The notes under the pieces were generated by a model, which searched no databases, was not told the origin of the DNA, and was given only the letters and a program-made list of their open reading frames with translations. Of a stretch of 55,076 nucleotides of DNA, positions 35,545 to 48,808 are shown piece by piece (the first letter of the stretch is position 1; every line of letters starts with the position of its first letter). Position numbers and translations under genes: made by a program. Source of the DNA: Blastocystis sp. subtype 4 (Eukaryota); contig NW_014569515.1 in assembly GCF_000743755.1 (NCBI RefSeq), forward strand, positions 1 through 55,076, given 5' to 3'.

Positions 35545-37782
35545 ATGCTGCTAGCTTCGGTAGCATCTCGAAACACCTTTTTGAGGTTTTTCACAGACAA
35601 CATGTTGAATACTCTTTGTTCTTGCGTTGAATACGTCAGCTTTTCACAATCCAATCAAATTTTGGGATATCCCCACGGTTGTTCCATCTGTTGTATAATA
35701 AATGAGGATTATCGTACTGGATAACTTTGTCAACGTGCTATCCATACCTCACTCTCTAGGAGGATGGGTAAACATGGAGAGATGTGTTTCTGTGTAGTGT
35801 CAGTTGCTGTTTCTTTTGTGGTCGTACGTCCTCATCTATTCTATCGCGGATAAAGGGGTCCAAATTGCTTGTCGTCGCTTGATGATTATCCCAACACGCT
35901 TGGGGATCGTAGAATGTATTCTCATCCCCCTGCTCTCCTATCTTCCATGCTGTATTTATAGTATATTTCCGTTTTGTCTGTATTGTAGTGACGTCAACCG
36001 TCTATCTTCATTCTTATGAAAAGTGGGAATATGTAACTGCTGCACCTGGTATTATTGCTGGAGATATTCTAGTTGTTGTAATTCCAGCATTAATTGTTCT
36101 GTAATTCTGCTGTTTGCAGTTGAGAATAGTATATGGAAGGGGCGTGCACCAATTGGGGAGAGTCAATCTGTTGATTACAATGATCCACACAGTCCTTTGC
36201 TTGTTCGTGTACCCCCTTTTCTAATATGCAGAACAATCGTTATACATCATTGAATTTCCGTGAAGTGGCAAAGACTACAGGTATCCCCGTTTCTGAGGAG
36301 ATCCAACAGCACTATCCATTTATTTATTTTTCTTTGATTGTAATAATTCTCTGCATTGTAGTCATGCACATGGATTGTTATACTAGGTTTCTTCTGCATT
36401 GACCTTTCACATCTCCAAATCCATTATTCTCATTTGGAATCTTGTTATTGCGCTTATATCCTTTCGATCTTTTTTTCGTCTTTCCTTCACTTTACTCCTC
36501 CCTCGTAGTGTTTCTTCTATTCTTGTTAGGTGAGTGGCGGTATGTATTTAATTCTTCCCTTCTGAAGGAGAAGCGACTTGAGGCGGCAACAACCATTCTT
36601 CACAATAAACGCATCTCTGTTTCCACCTATGTTATTCTATCTCTTGCGATCACCCATCGTCGTAGCAGTGAAGAGACATTACAGGTGATTCGGGGAGTAC
36701 AAGAAGTACTTCGAGATGTGATCCTAGAATACTTTAAGAAATACGACTATTTCGATGAAATGGCCATTGATTTATATGATTTCCCGCTTCTTCTTCGTGA
36801 TATGGGTGAAGATATTGATGTGCATGTGATTCGTGATTTCATTCGTCAAGAACAGTCTGCTACTGCTTCTCAAGAGTCACCACATGAATTGGCTCAGAAC
36901 ATGGTCTTGTCATTTGAGGACTGTTACTATTCCATTCTATCGACAGTTGGAGGAACTCATCAAGATATTCTTTCACAAGTGCGCGAAGTCATCAATAGCA
37001 ATTTGGAAACTCACCCCCACTACAACAATTATAATGATCAGAATGATCCGATGAAAGATATGTACCATTCTATCTATCATGATCCCAGTTCCACTCATGT
37101 TCATGTTGTTAATGAAACTACTAACTGGAAATCCTCTCCTCATATCGTTGTTTTTACGGTAGGAACCCTGATAACTTCTTATTGTAGTTTCTGTTGAAGA
37201 CATTGGCTCTTATCTTAGTTTCATTAGTTGTTTGTGGAATTGTAGGAATACCGTTGATTGATTGTATTGGAGAAATAAGTATTGCCTGATTCTCTCTTGC
37301 ACATAGGTGATCGTTCTGGTATTCCATTTTTCTATTGCACTCTTATCGGATGTTCGCTTGTTAAATCTGTCCAAATGTGTCAAAACCTTCTCTCTCATAT
37401 TGATCCATGGAGTGAAAAGAGAATCACAAGTACAATCCATGACCTACTGACTCGTGTAATCTTGGATTGCTCTCTTCAAGTGTTCATTCTCTATTTTGTG
37501 ACGTATTTGCAGTTGATTCATTGATTTTCGCTTACTCTCTAGATCTGAACAATGGTCCTTAACTAGTGGTTTTTCTGGATGTGTTCTTCCTCTTCTTGCT
37601 CTTTTAATCGTGTTCCGTGGATCCGTTGTTCGATTGAGGTTTGTTTCGTCTTTTTGTGTCATTCTAGATCTGTGGGCCTCTTGATGTTGACGATCCTTCT
37701 CTCATTGTTGCTTTATCTTTTCCTTACAATTCGATTAAATTTATGTTCTTGTTACAACAATCATCTATATGGTGTCCTTTAG
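35545..37782 (+). CDS. Divergent multi-pass membrane protein resembling EF-hand Na+/Ca2+ exchanger-like (NCL/EFCAX) proteins; boundaries approximate
   Basis: Two hydrophobic halves around a soluble loop with EF-like KYDYFDEMAIDLYDF. GDRSGIPFFY resembles the NCL G...GIP.FY segment. Confidence 0.5.
36456..36495 (+). other. U12-type AT-AC intron (40 nt)
   Basis: 5' ATATCCTTT, branch-like TTCCTTCAC, 3' TAC. Removal joins exon 36387-36455 in frame to 36496. Confidence 0.8.
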
Positions 37783-38061
37783 TATACCACTTTGTCACAC
37801 GACTGATGCCATTTCCATCCTTTGATGAATGGTAATATAGATGAAGAATTTGAACTCAACATCTTATTCTGACAACTATCATAAGCTCCTCAGGTCAGTT
37901 GTTTATCCTTGAAATCACTACTGCGATATTTATACAATCCCCGTTCTCATCGGCTCTATTGGTTGGTCACATTAAGCGTATCATTATTCCTCTTTTTCTG
38001 TAGGTTCACTACCTTTCGTAGCAGCGAGCCAAGCCATTACATTCTAACAGTGTTTGTAGAA

Positions 38062-38530
38062 ATGAGTCCTATTCGCAAAGTGAAGATTGTGAAGAAGAAG
38101 TTGACATCCTTTCCTCGTTTCCAAGCTGACAAATTCAAAAGAATGAATGTAAGTCTTGTTATTTCAAGTAATGGGCTTAGCAGCACTGGAGAAAGCCCAA
38201 GGGTATTGACGGACGCTGTAGACGTCGTTTCCGAGGTGCTACTCTGATGCCCAACATTGGTTATGGCTCCAATGCTGCTACCAAGCACATGCTCCCCAAC
38301 GGACTTTACAAGTTCATTGTGAGCAATGTAAAGGACTTGGAGCTTCTGATGATGCACAATACCACGTATTGTGCTCAGATTGCCCATAACGTTTCTGCCA
38401 AGAAAAGAGCCGAGATTCTGAAGCGTGCTAATGAGCTTTCAATTCGTGTGGTGAATGGAAAGTAAGTAGATCCTTTGGTGGGTTAATCGCTAGTGCTGCT
38501 GTAACCAAGGTTGAGGCTGAGGCAGAATAA
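38062..38530 (+). CDS. RPL32: 60S ribosomal protein L32 (eL32)
   Basis: [38 protein letters not shown]. Two 32-nt introns. Confidence 0.97.
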
Positions 38531-38631
38531 ACTCCATCATGATGAGAAAGAGTAGTACGCTTTGTCGTTGTTTGTTCCACCACATTTGTCATTTTCTTTC
38601 TCTGGGATATCCAAGTAGTTTCAAATAAAAT

Positions 38632-40694
38632 ATGGATCACCGGAGTGACTACCGATCTGCTCCAGATTATTGTAATCAGTATTGTGATGGAACTAGAGAG
38701 ATTGTCAAGTGAGTTGTAACAGATGGATTTTATTTTTAGTTATATGCTCTATCAACATGTCCCTTCTTCATTTGCCAAGATGAATGAGTATTTGCCCAAT
38801 CACTTGTATTTTTCAAATGTCACTGCTCCAGTATGTATGACCCAAGTACCTGCATCCCTTCTATTAAATCGATTTGTGATGAAACGAAGAATCAAGTTTG
38901 GTCGTCCAGATGAGCGAAATCAACGACGAATGGCTTTTGTTCGATCCGAATCTGCTCTTGCATGTGTGTGGATGCCATTTAACGACTATGTTGTGACTGC
39001 TTGGAACAACGGTAAAATTGTCAAGTTAAACGGTGTTAACTATCAATATAGTGGTCAACAAGATGTAATTGCTTTATTTTGTGTTCATTTGTAGGTTTCC
39101 AATTGTGCTCTTAACTGTATGAAGATTAGTCATAACGGACGTTTTTTGATTGCTGCAGATGATCAGGGAAATGTGTTCCGCTTCTCAACTACATTCAATG
39201 TCACATCGACTCCAAAAGAGGAGAACGAAAGCATTCTAGATCTGGACATTTCAGCCAACGATAACTACGTTATTACCGGAGGCAAAAGTAAATTCCTGCG
39301 TGTGTGGAGTATTACTGAGAATGACATGGAGTACAGTTATGACCTGGGAGGTGATAATTTGCTTCATTTCTCATAGATAGAACTCAATCAGCCAATAACT
39401 AGTGTCACTAGTAGTGCTGTGAGCAGTCTTCTTCTGACAGGAAGTGAAGATGCTAATGTTCATTTATGGGATTTGCGGAAAAAATCGTCAATTCGTCGCA
39501 TGTAATGAATGGATGATTCAATCACAATTAGCACAGGTCATACAGAGAAAGTGAATTGTGTTCAGTTCTGCCCCACAAATGAGAATTTGATCTTATCAGC
39601 TGGTAAGGATAAGAGTCTTCGAATGTTCATTTTCCCACGGGAATTGATATGTAGTGTGGATATCCGAACCTTTGACACTGTGATGATTCTGAAGGGACAC
39701 AACACAGAAGTGACAACTGCGTCATTTGTTCCTTGTGATGGTTCTCTCGTGGTCAGCTGTGATTATGGAGGTAACATAAATTATTGGAGTACTCAGTATT
39801 GACTGTCACTCTCTCTCACAATTAGTCACGAATCACCTCTCTACACTGTGAACCACGCCCACCAACGAACCATTCGAGCCATGTGTATTCATCCTGAGGG
39901 AATTGGTATGGTCACTATGGGGTTAAGATGCTGAACGAGGTTGATCTATAGAGATGATTCGACACTACGGTTCTGGCAGCGAAATCAACCTGGAGATCGT
40001 GAAGAGTTGGATGGAAACTCTCTGGCAACGATGCGAAGTGGGATTGAATTGATTCATTAAGTATAGTTCCCCGTGGTTCTAGTTATGACTTCAACAGTAA
40101 GAAGCCATTTAGTATATCCAGATCCATTCCTCTGATTGGCGAAATTGGAAGTGAGGGAGTGATGACAGTAAATTTACCAGCGCCAGAGACTCATAAGAGA
40201 GTCGAATCCTTCGAAGAGCGTCAAGATAACCTTCGAGAATTCCGTGAAGATGAGGATACTATGTAAGGAAGAATTGTTGGTATGATCGACAGTCCTCCTC
40301 GGAATTATGTGTGTTGTCATTGTGGTCGGAACGGACATTGGGCTCACCGCTGTAAGAACAATGCACAGATGCGAGGGAGAGAATACTTCTGTAAGAATTG
40401 CAATGGAAACCATTATCGGGATGATTGTCCTTATCGAGGAGATGTGCGTCCTGATTATGTTTGCAATTGGTTAGATTATGGAAATGGAGTGATTTATAGT
40501 TGTAAAGGTAAAGGACATCAGTATGAGGATTGTCCCAAGAGGATGTAGGATTATGAGATGGATTTGAATTCTAGAAGGAACCGTCGCAAAGTTGTCACCG
40601 AACATATGAAATATGTAAGAAGTTGGTACTGGGACTAAAGGATAGAGTCAATTGATTCGCTTGCAGGAGGGAGAAGATCCAAAATCTTTTATTT
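38632..40694 (+). CDS. WDR33: Polyadenylation factor WDR33/Pfs2/FY-like WD40 protein with three C-terminal CCHC zinc knuckles; start uncertain (38632 or 38723); stop predicted to be completed by poly(A)
   Basis: WD repeats with ISHNGRFLIAADDQG, LKGHNTEV, HPEG and the family-type terminal DSTLRFWQRNQPGD, followed by CCHC knuckles. Confidence 0.8.
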
Positions 40695-40720
40695 TATGTG
40701 TTTGTTTCCATTCACTCTAA

Positions 40721-43700
40721 ATGCTTGCCAATATTCCAATTACTCTTATTTCGGCACAGTTACCGAAGAGTAATGTCTGTCAGTTGTGTGATATATGTGT
40801 TTTCAAAGGAAGCAAGTATCTGGTGATGGCAAATGGATCAACCATTTCGCTCTTTGTATCATCTATTAAAAAGAAGGGAAGCCACATAGATATGGATCAC
40901 TTCATTCTTCACCAGATTCTGGAAAACCGCTTCTCTGCATCTTCCATTACTGCCGTTTGTTGGGTCAAACATCCTTCAACAAATTGTTCTGACAGAGGTG
41001 AACTTATTGTTGCATTTAACAACACTTTGGCAGTGTATGCTCCAAAGTCCGTTTTAACAGTTTCAAAGGATTTTAAATCGTATAAGGTGGATGTTTGAGT
41101 TATTATTGATTTCTAGTGGTGTTGTCGTGGTCTTGTTTTAACCCAAGGAGCGACAACAGCCCTTAGTGTGAGTTTCGATTCATCGTTACTCGTTAAAGGA
41201 GGGAGGATCTTACAGTTTTTCAAAAGAGAGGAGGAGGCATTTGGACTGGGAGACATTCATTATAGTTTGTTGGTATCTGCAACTCCTGTAACACCCATTC
41301 TATCCACCTGTATCTCACCTCAGACTCGATTTGTTGCCTCAATCTCTCCCCATTCTCCATTTATCACTGTACATTTGAGTGATTCTTTTCACATTGTAGA
41401 TTTGGTTTTACTCTTCGTCATCAAAGCTAGAATCCATCATGCTTCTCTCCCAAGATTTTCCTCTCATTCCAGTCACTCATATTTCTTGGCTCCCTTCTAC
41501 ATCACCAGACGCTCCAGCTGTACTTCTCTCTGTCGATGTTCAAGGCCATCTGAATCTCTACGAAGAAGTTCTGTTTTCTTCTCCTCCAGCATTTCGGGTT
41601 TGTTATTCTACTTCAGTTATTGTTCCTTCTTCAGTAACCTGGACAACAGTTCAGGATGCTCCTCCTGAATCTCTTGCTTCCTTCTTATCATACACTCTTC
41701 CCTCTTCTCTACCTAGCAGTGAGTCTTTTATCTCACCTCCTCGAGAGAGTACCGTGTTTCATTCTTGGCAAGCTGAACACCATTTTCTGGTGATATGCGG
41801 ACAAACAGGTGCTCAATGGAAAGGCCGTGGCCTAGCTATCACTCATCGACCTCTCTCAGGAATGCATCAACATTCCATCTCAGTTAAAGAGGTTGGAATC
41901 CCAATATCGAGTGACTCGCTTGTTGATTCCTGGTATATGAATGCCACAATCTATGATCCTGTATCGATACAGTCCCAACAACAATGCCATCTTCTCCTTA
42001 CGTTGATCACAAATGAAGCCACAGTTCATTCTTTTGTTTTCTCCTCTCCTATTACTGATTCCAACCAGTTCTGTCAAATTGATAGTGAACAACGATGTAT
42101 TGGTTGTTGTAGAACAGTGAAACAAACCTGTATCTCCCAGAATCGAGATCTCTTTTTGGTCTCTCTGGATGACCAAAATCGTTTGTATTTCTGGAATGAG
42201 TTTGTAGGTATAAAAATAATGATTGATAGCTAGAACAACAAATTAACCATTCTCTCATCATTGCCTTCAATCGATTCTATAATGACAACAGATATGATAA
42301 TGACAATTTGTGAGGAATATTTTGTATTCCATAATTCCTCTACAATTTTGGTCTGTAACCAATCAAGGCAACACCAATGGTATCACCATGTGCATGGACT
42401 TTATTCTGTGTGTGCGGTGAAGCATCCAAATCTAATCCTGATCTATGGATGTGATACTGGTGTCTATCAGTGTAATCTTGATGAATCACTAACCCTATGT
42501 TCAGAGACACAATTAGTAGACTATGCAATTCCGTTCAGACAGGTTCGTTGGGATTATGACTTGTGTTTGCTTTCCTATTCATCTACACAAGTGATTGTAA
42601 CATCATTTCAACCCTCTTCTATGGAAGAGACCGTATATAAATCCTCACATATCCTGTGTGCTCAACTTACTCCAAAGTATTTGATAGTGATAGAAGTTAC
42701 AACCACGGGGAAACTGAGACTTGTGAAGTTGAATCGATATTATGTGAAAGGACGCTTTACTAAAGAGGCTCATCTAATTCTTACTGATTTTGATGATTCC
42801 ATAAATTGTCCAGTTTTTGTAAATCTCAGTGAGGATGGTGTTTATACTCTTGTACTGGCTATGCATCGACTTTGGTTAGTAATTAGTCATGGTTGTACAA
42901 TGAGTCTAATTGCTATGAGTGAAGTTCCTCTTACTAATGTCTTGAGTGTTGACTTCGACTACTATCTACGTGGTATCATTACCACACCCACATCCATCTT
43001 CAGAACTTCCTCCTTCTTAACCTTTCCATCACCCATTCGTAGTTCTCTTGTTAATGATGCCAGAGCTACGTATAATCTTCCTTTGCAGGTAATTCAGCGT
43101 CTCTTCTGTCGGCCTCGATCTGTACTTAGTGCGTCTTCTTTAGCTCTCTGTATGTTCCATGGTGATTATCGAACAATCGCGGGAATTTTGCACAAATTGA
43201 GTCCAGCTCTTCATGACGAAGTTCTTCGTGTTCAAGAAGAGGAACGTTGGAGTAATGATTCCCATGATTCCATTCAGTCTTCAATATCAGATCTCTTTCA
43301 TTGGAGCCTTCAAGACATAACCACAGAGAAAGAAGACTGGAGTTTGGTAGGGCCATGTTGTCATGACTTGAAGTCTCTTCATTTCAAAGATATAGAGGAA
43401 GAAGAGATTGATTCAATCTGTCGTGTTCTTCATATCTATCAAGTTATTCTTCAGACCAAACAGACTCTTGATGTTGACTCTCATGGTCTTCAATTCTTAG
43501 TAGCTATTCAGGTATTCCATTTCTTTGGACTATTTTTGTAGTTTATGGTCCATTCTGTCTTTCCTTCCATATCAGTATGTTCTTCTGGGATTTTGCGAGC
43601 CTGTCTCTCTAACAGCAAAGACGCATTGATGAAAGAAGCACTTCAAGAGATAGTCCATCATCGCATTCATGGTAGAGATGTTGATTGCCAAGAAGAGGTT

Positions 43701-46687
43701 CCAAAATCAACAATAACTCCATATTCAACTATTGATGACTCTGAACACACTGGGAAATATGCAGCCTTGTTCACATTCACAAGTAATCGATATCACTACA
43801 CACCTTTGAAATGTACTGCTTCTGTAACTTCAGCATCTGAGAATTATGAGGATTCTTTACTATGGGAAGATGTACGACGAAGTGGTCTTGTTTTTTGGAA
43901 TCGAAATCGAACTGTTTTTAGTCATTTGGCTTTACGTATTGCTATGGTAGGTATTCCTCGTTAGGTTTATGTTAGAATCAATACAAGTTAACAAGAGATC
44001 CTTATTCTGCTTCTCTGTTTTATATCGCTCTTCACAAACAATCGATTCTTGCATCTCTTTTCAAAGTTGCAAAGCAAGATGCTTTGGCATCATTCTTTCT
44101 TCGTGATTTCTCCCAGGATATTCATCAGAAGGCAGCACTAAAAAATGCCTATGTCTTACTTTCACGTCATGAGTACATCAAAGCAGCTGGATTCCTTCTC
44201 TTAGCAAATAAGCAGTCAGAAGCGATTCAAGTATTGATCAAGAATTCACATGATCCTCAACTTGCTCTATTTTTGAGTGTAATTCTCGAAGGAGATCAGT
44301 CATCAACTTATCAATTAATCCTCAATACGCATATGAAGCAAGTTGCTCAATATACTGAGGATGTTTATCTTCAAGCTATTGTTGCTTGGTGCCATCAAGA
44401 TTATTCATTGGCTCTTCATTCTCTATTGAGTTCTTTTGATCCCAATCGATATTGTAATAAGGTGCAATGTGTGGATAGGTATTTTCTTGATAATCATGCT
44501 GATTGTTCTTGTCTGCATTTTCCACTGAGTCACATAGTCAATGATACCTCGTATTCTTCATCTCCTCGATCTGCTGTTACGCCTACAGAACAGGAAGAAG
44601 TGGAAGATCTCCCTGTCACTCTTGCTCCGTTCCTTCATGATGAAGTGTTTCCTTTAGCCATTGCTATCTTGCATTCCCCATTCTCTCGATTTGATTTCTC
44701 TCTCTATCAAGAACCACTCTGTAGAATTGCCCGTTCCATTCTCGATCTGTTCCAGCAACAGGGTTATCTTGGAGTGATTTTGTGTGTCCTCTCAGATCAA
44801 TTCAAACAATCCTTAACTGGAATTGGTGTGAGTCAATCTCTCTATGAATCCTTCATACAGGATCGATTGAATGACACTTGTGTGGCTTGGATCGATGATG
44901 GAAGGATGACAGATTTTCCACTGTTACGTGAGAGGATTCAGCCGGCATATCTCTTGGAGTATCTCAGTCGGCAGATTGCCTCTGGATATGTGTGGGATCT
45001 CTCTTCTTATTGTCTCATTGCAGACTCTCTCACTTCACAGGAGCCAGATGCTCTTCGCTCACTCCTCCATACTCTTCATTTCACTCTCTCTCATTCAAAC
45101 TCTCTCACTCTTCGTACTCTAGAAGCAGAACCTCGAAGTTGTGGTCGCAAGTCACGGTTCTGTAGTAGTCTTGTTACCTCCTGGTTCCGTCTCTTGTTAG
45201 CTCAACAGCAAGGAGCGTTACCTTCATCCATAACCAAAGCCTATGATTGTGAAGCAATCACTCGTCAAGCCTTGTTGGCTGCTTTTTTCGTGGGCTGGGA
45301 GCTGGAAGATGATCATCTTCTTGTCTTATCTCTCCAAGAGTTACGCGGTAACCAATCCTCTCATGCCTACCAAGAGATTATTGATGCAATAACCACTGCA
45401 CGTATATCGTTAGAGTGTCAACAACCATCAGCTTTGGTTCATATGAAGGAGAAACATATCTCTCTTCCTGAGTGGTGTCTTCTCTATTGTCAACTACTGT
45501 TACACTATAATACACTAACTATGCTTGTGTCACTTCTTCCAGAGTCACATCAAGATTGTTGTACGACACCTACTCTTATAACATCCGAACAAGAAGAGGA
45601 TGATTCTCAGAATGAGAGAATGCATCGATGGCTTCTTTCGTTTCGTCGATTGCTTCTAGAGAGTCCACCTCAGGTCCACGGATTTGATGTTGCTGCTGTA
45701 CGAGACTTTTTGCAGCCATTTACAGATCGTTCGTGGACTGTATTTACGAGTGAGTCTGCTCAGATACTCTGGATAATGACACAATGTCCAGCATCGATTG
45801 AAGAGATTCTAAAGCAGCCTCAAGGAGAGCTGAAGGTGGCTCTTTCCTGGAACATGTCTTTTATTGAACATCGAGTTCAAGGAGTAAGTTCCACTTTTGT
45901 GAAGAAGCATAATCATTTTGATTATGTTGCTCCTACAAAATCCATCTTATTTCCATGGTCCTATACTGACATACTTCTTCCTAATTCGAATCCTTCCTCC
46001 TTCCCTGCTCAAGTCGACATTCTGGTTCCCCTCTTAAATCGACCTATTGTTGCTTTGGGTATGAATACTTCTCACTCCATCCAAACAGGTCTGTATTCAC
46101 TTGATTCTCATTCTTGTGCTCTCTTTCCAGCTGTATCGTGCTCGTCTCGCCTCGTTTCGTTGGCCTGCAATCCACTCGGAGATCGTTTGTTGGGGCTTAC
46201 ACGGAAGAATCATACTCTTCTCTTTGATTGTGAAACGGAACAACTCATTCAAGAGTCTCATGTATCTCATCCAAGAATGGATTATTTGTAGACTGGAACT
46301 CATCGTCGAGGCCTTCAATGTGGCTTTATTACTGATGGTATTGGTTATTCCATTGATCGCCGTGGCATCATGAAGAAGAAGTGTATCTTGAGTGTCTTTG
46401 ATTATCGGCTTAATTGGCAGAAGGAGGGTGTATCTCTTCGATTACGTTGAATTTGGATGAAAAGTTGATGTGTAGCATTTACTGCTAGCGGGCCAAGTGT
46501 ATGGGATCCCGTTTCAGGGTTATTGTTTGTGAGTAGCCGAAACGTCGTTGCAAAGATAGATCTAAGAAATGTAAAGGTGGGATTGTTCGATAATGAGTAG
46601 AACGCAATTGTAGAAACAGTTCGTGTTCATCAACCTTTTGGATATTCAATCGTTTTGAATGAGAATAGTTGTGTTCAGATTTGGTAA
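40721..46687 (+). CDS. RAVE complex Rav1/DMXL (rabconnectin-3 alpha)-like protein; 3' end approximate
   Basis: DPYSASLFYIALHK..LASLFK..FFLRDFS..QKAALKNAYVLLSRHEY..AAGFLLLA matches the Rav1 C-terminal motif. N-terminal WD-like region. Confidence 0.82.
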
Positions 46688-46729
46688 TTGAACTGTTGAA
46701 ACAAAAAACGCAAACATATAAAAACGAAA

Positions 46730-47285
46730 TCATATATTCTTTGGATGATAAGAAAGGATTTCTCTAGTAAGTTCTAAAAGCTCTTGTTGCTGCTTCTTCA
46801 GGCTTAACAACAGGCAGGAATAACGATCAACAGTTTTGAGTACATCCCTTGCGGACAATTCTACATCATTTCTCTTTATTACTACAATCACATCAGTACC
46901 ATTAAACATACAAGTTTTCACAAATGTCAAAAAACCTGGGTCACATAAATGAATAGCGTCATCTGAAGTACCCTGGGATGAGTTAACTTGAATGTCAGTT
47001 TCATTCTTCACTTCGATAACTTGCTTGTTTCCCATTTTTGTCTCATTAGCTTTATCTGACCATAAAAAGCATAGGACATAACTTACACTGTCGGAATAAA
47101 CGAATAACAATCGAATTCATCTGCAGCCGTTTAAGGTCCCGTTTCGCTTTGTTCAACATATTAATATTAAAAATGATGTTGGAATGTAAGAAGTCCAGTT
47201 TTCGCTGATATTCCGTCAACTGCTTCACCTCACGTATCTGGTTATCGTTTCCAGGCCGGAGCTTATTAGACAGTTTTACTGACAT
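46730..47285 (-). CDS. Hypothetical protein, 2 exons
   Basis: Two ORFs joined in frame by a 31-nt GTAAGT..CAG intron. No recognised motif. Confidence 0.5.
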
Positions 47286-47399
47286 GATATATTGGTGAAG
47301 GAATAAAGAATATGGAAAAAACCCTTGTCAGTGTAGAACCACGGGAATTATCGACTAATCAATTGTGTCAGAAACAGGTGATAGGTGTCAGCATTCTAA

Positions 47400-48802
47400 A
47401 TGAGTGTCGTTGATCCAGCAATAGCACAGGCATTAGCTCTGTACGATAATCCCTTGAACGCAATCGAAGTAAGGATTGTTCGGCGTATTTGAATGGACAG
47501 AAAGAACCGTATTCGTATAGAGAAATGAAGATGTTAGAGGAAGAAATTGATAGTATCGATGTTACCGTACTTTTGTGATTCAGGAGATAGCTAATGGGTA
47601 GAGTCGGTATTTGCGAGAAGATATCACGAACTTGCGAAAGGAATTGATCCATGCAAAAGAAGTACGTTTCTTACAGATGTCATAAAATCAAGGATGTCAA
47701 ACGTATTACAAAGGGTTGTCGAAGTGTGGCGCAGTTTATTGAGATGGTTGAAGATAATTATGCAGTAGTCCAGTTAGGAGAGAGTTCATCAGTTTACTCT
47801 GCAGTATTAAGGTACTGGTTATCAATGATTCTCATTTACAGCACATTAAATAAGGATTTAATGAAGTCTGGATGTAGTGTATGCGTTCATCCGAGATCAA
47901 GCGCTGTGGTGGATATCCTTCCTCCACAAGCAGATAATGACATCAAAGTCATGACAGAAAAGCCATCTGTGACATATCAGGATATTGGTGGCCTCGATGT
48001 TCAGAAACAGGAATTGCGAGAGGCTGTTGAATTGCCTCTTCTTCACCCAGAGATCTTCTCTCAGATTGGTATCGATCCTCCACGAGGCGTACGATTCTTG
48101 AGTCACTCTCATGAGTAGGTGCTGATGTACGGACCTCCAGGAACCGGTAAGACAATGCTCGCCAAGGCTGTAGCAAATGCAACCACGGCAAACTTTATTC
48201 AGGTCGTGGCTAGTGAGTTTGTACAGAAGTGGCTGGGTGATGGTCCTCGTATGGTTCGTGATATCTTTAGCAAGGCCCGTGAGAACGCTCCGTGTATCAT
48301 ATTCATTGATGAGGTTAGTTTGAGAAGAGGAGATGATTCGTAGATCGATGCTGTGGCTCTGAAGCGAAATGATTCATCACGAGGCGGAGATCGAGAGGTG
48401 CAGCGTATTTTGATGGAGTTGTTGACACAAATGGATGGCTTCGATCAGACTACAAATGTCAAAGTGATTATGGCGACGAACCGTCCTGAGATGCTGGATC
48501 CTGCATTGATGCGTCCAGGTCGTTTGGACCGAAAAGTGGAATTCCCGTTACCAGATCGTCGTCAGAAACGGCTTGTATTCCAGGCCTGTACATCAAAGAT
48601 GAATCTGAGTGATGAAGTGGATTTGGAAAGTTTTGTGAATCGTCCTCAGAAGATTAGTTGTGCAGATATCGCATCGATTTGTCAAGAAGCTGGACTACAG
48701 GCTATTCGTCACAACCGTTATGTGATATTAACAAAGGATTTGGAAAAGGCATATAAAAAGGTTGTGAAGAGAGTGGATTCAGAATATGAGTTTTACAGTT
48801 AA
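47400..48802 (+). CDS. RPT3: 26S proteasome AAA ATPase Rpt3
   Basis: [86 protein letters not shown]. Confidence 0.97.
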
Positions 48803-48808
48803 TGAAGA

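Noticed and set aside
37741..37753. Possible poly(A)-made stop for the exchanger-like gene (T37741 + TATG + TTCTTGTT)
   Set aside because: Register fits but the motif has two mismatches and a genomic TAG exists at 37780-37782; too weak to call.
47913..47922. ATATCCTT U12-like donor in Rpt3
   Set aside because: It lies within conserved coding sequence (VDILPP) with no branch site or AC acceptor needed.
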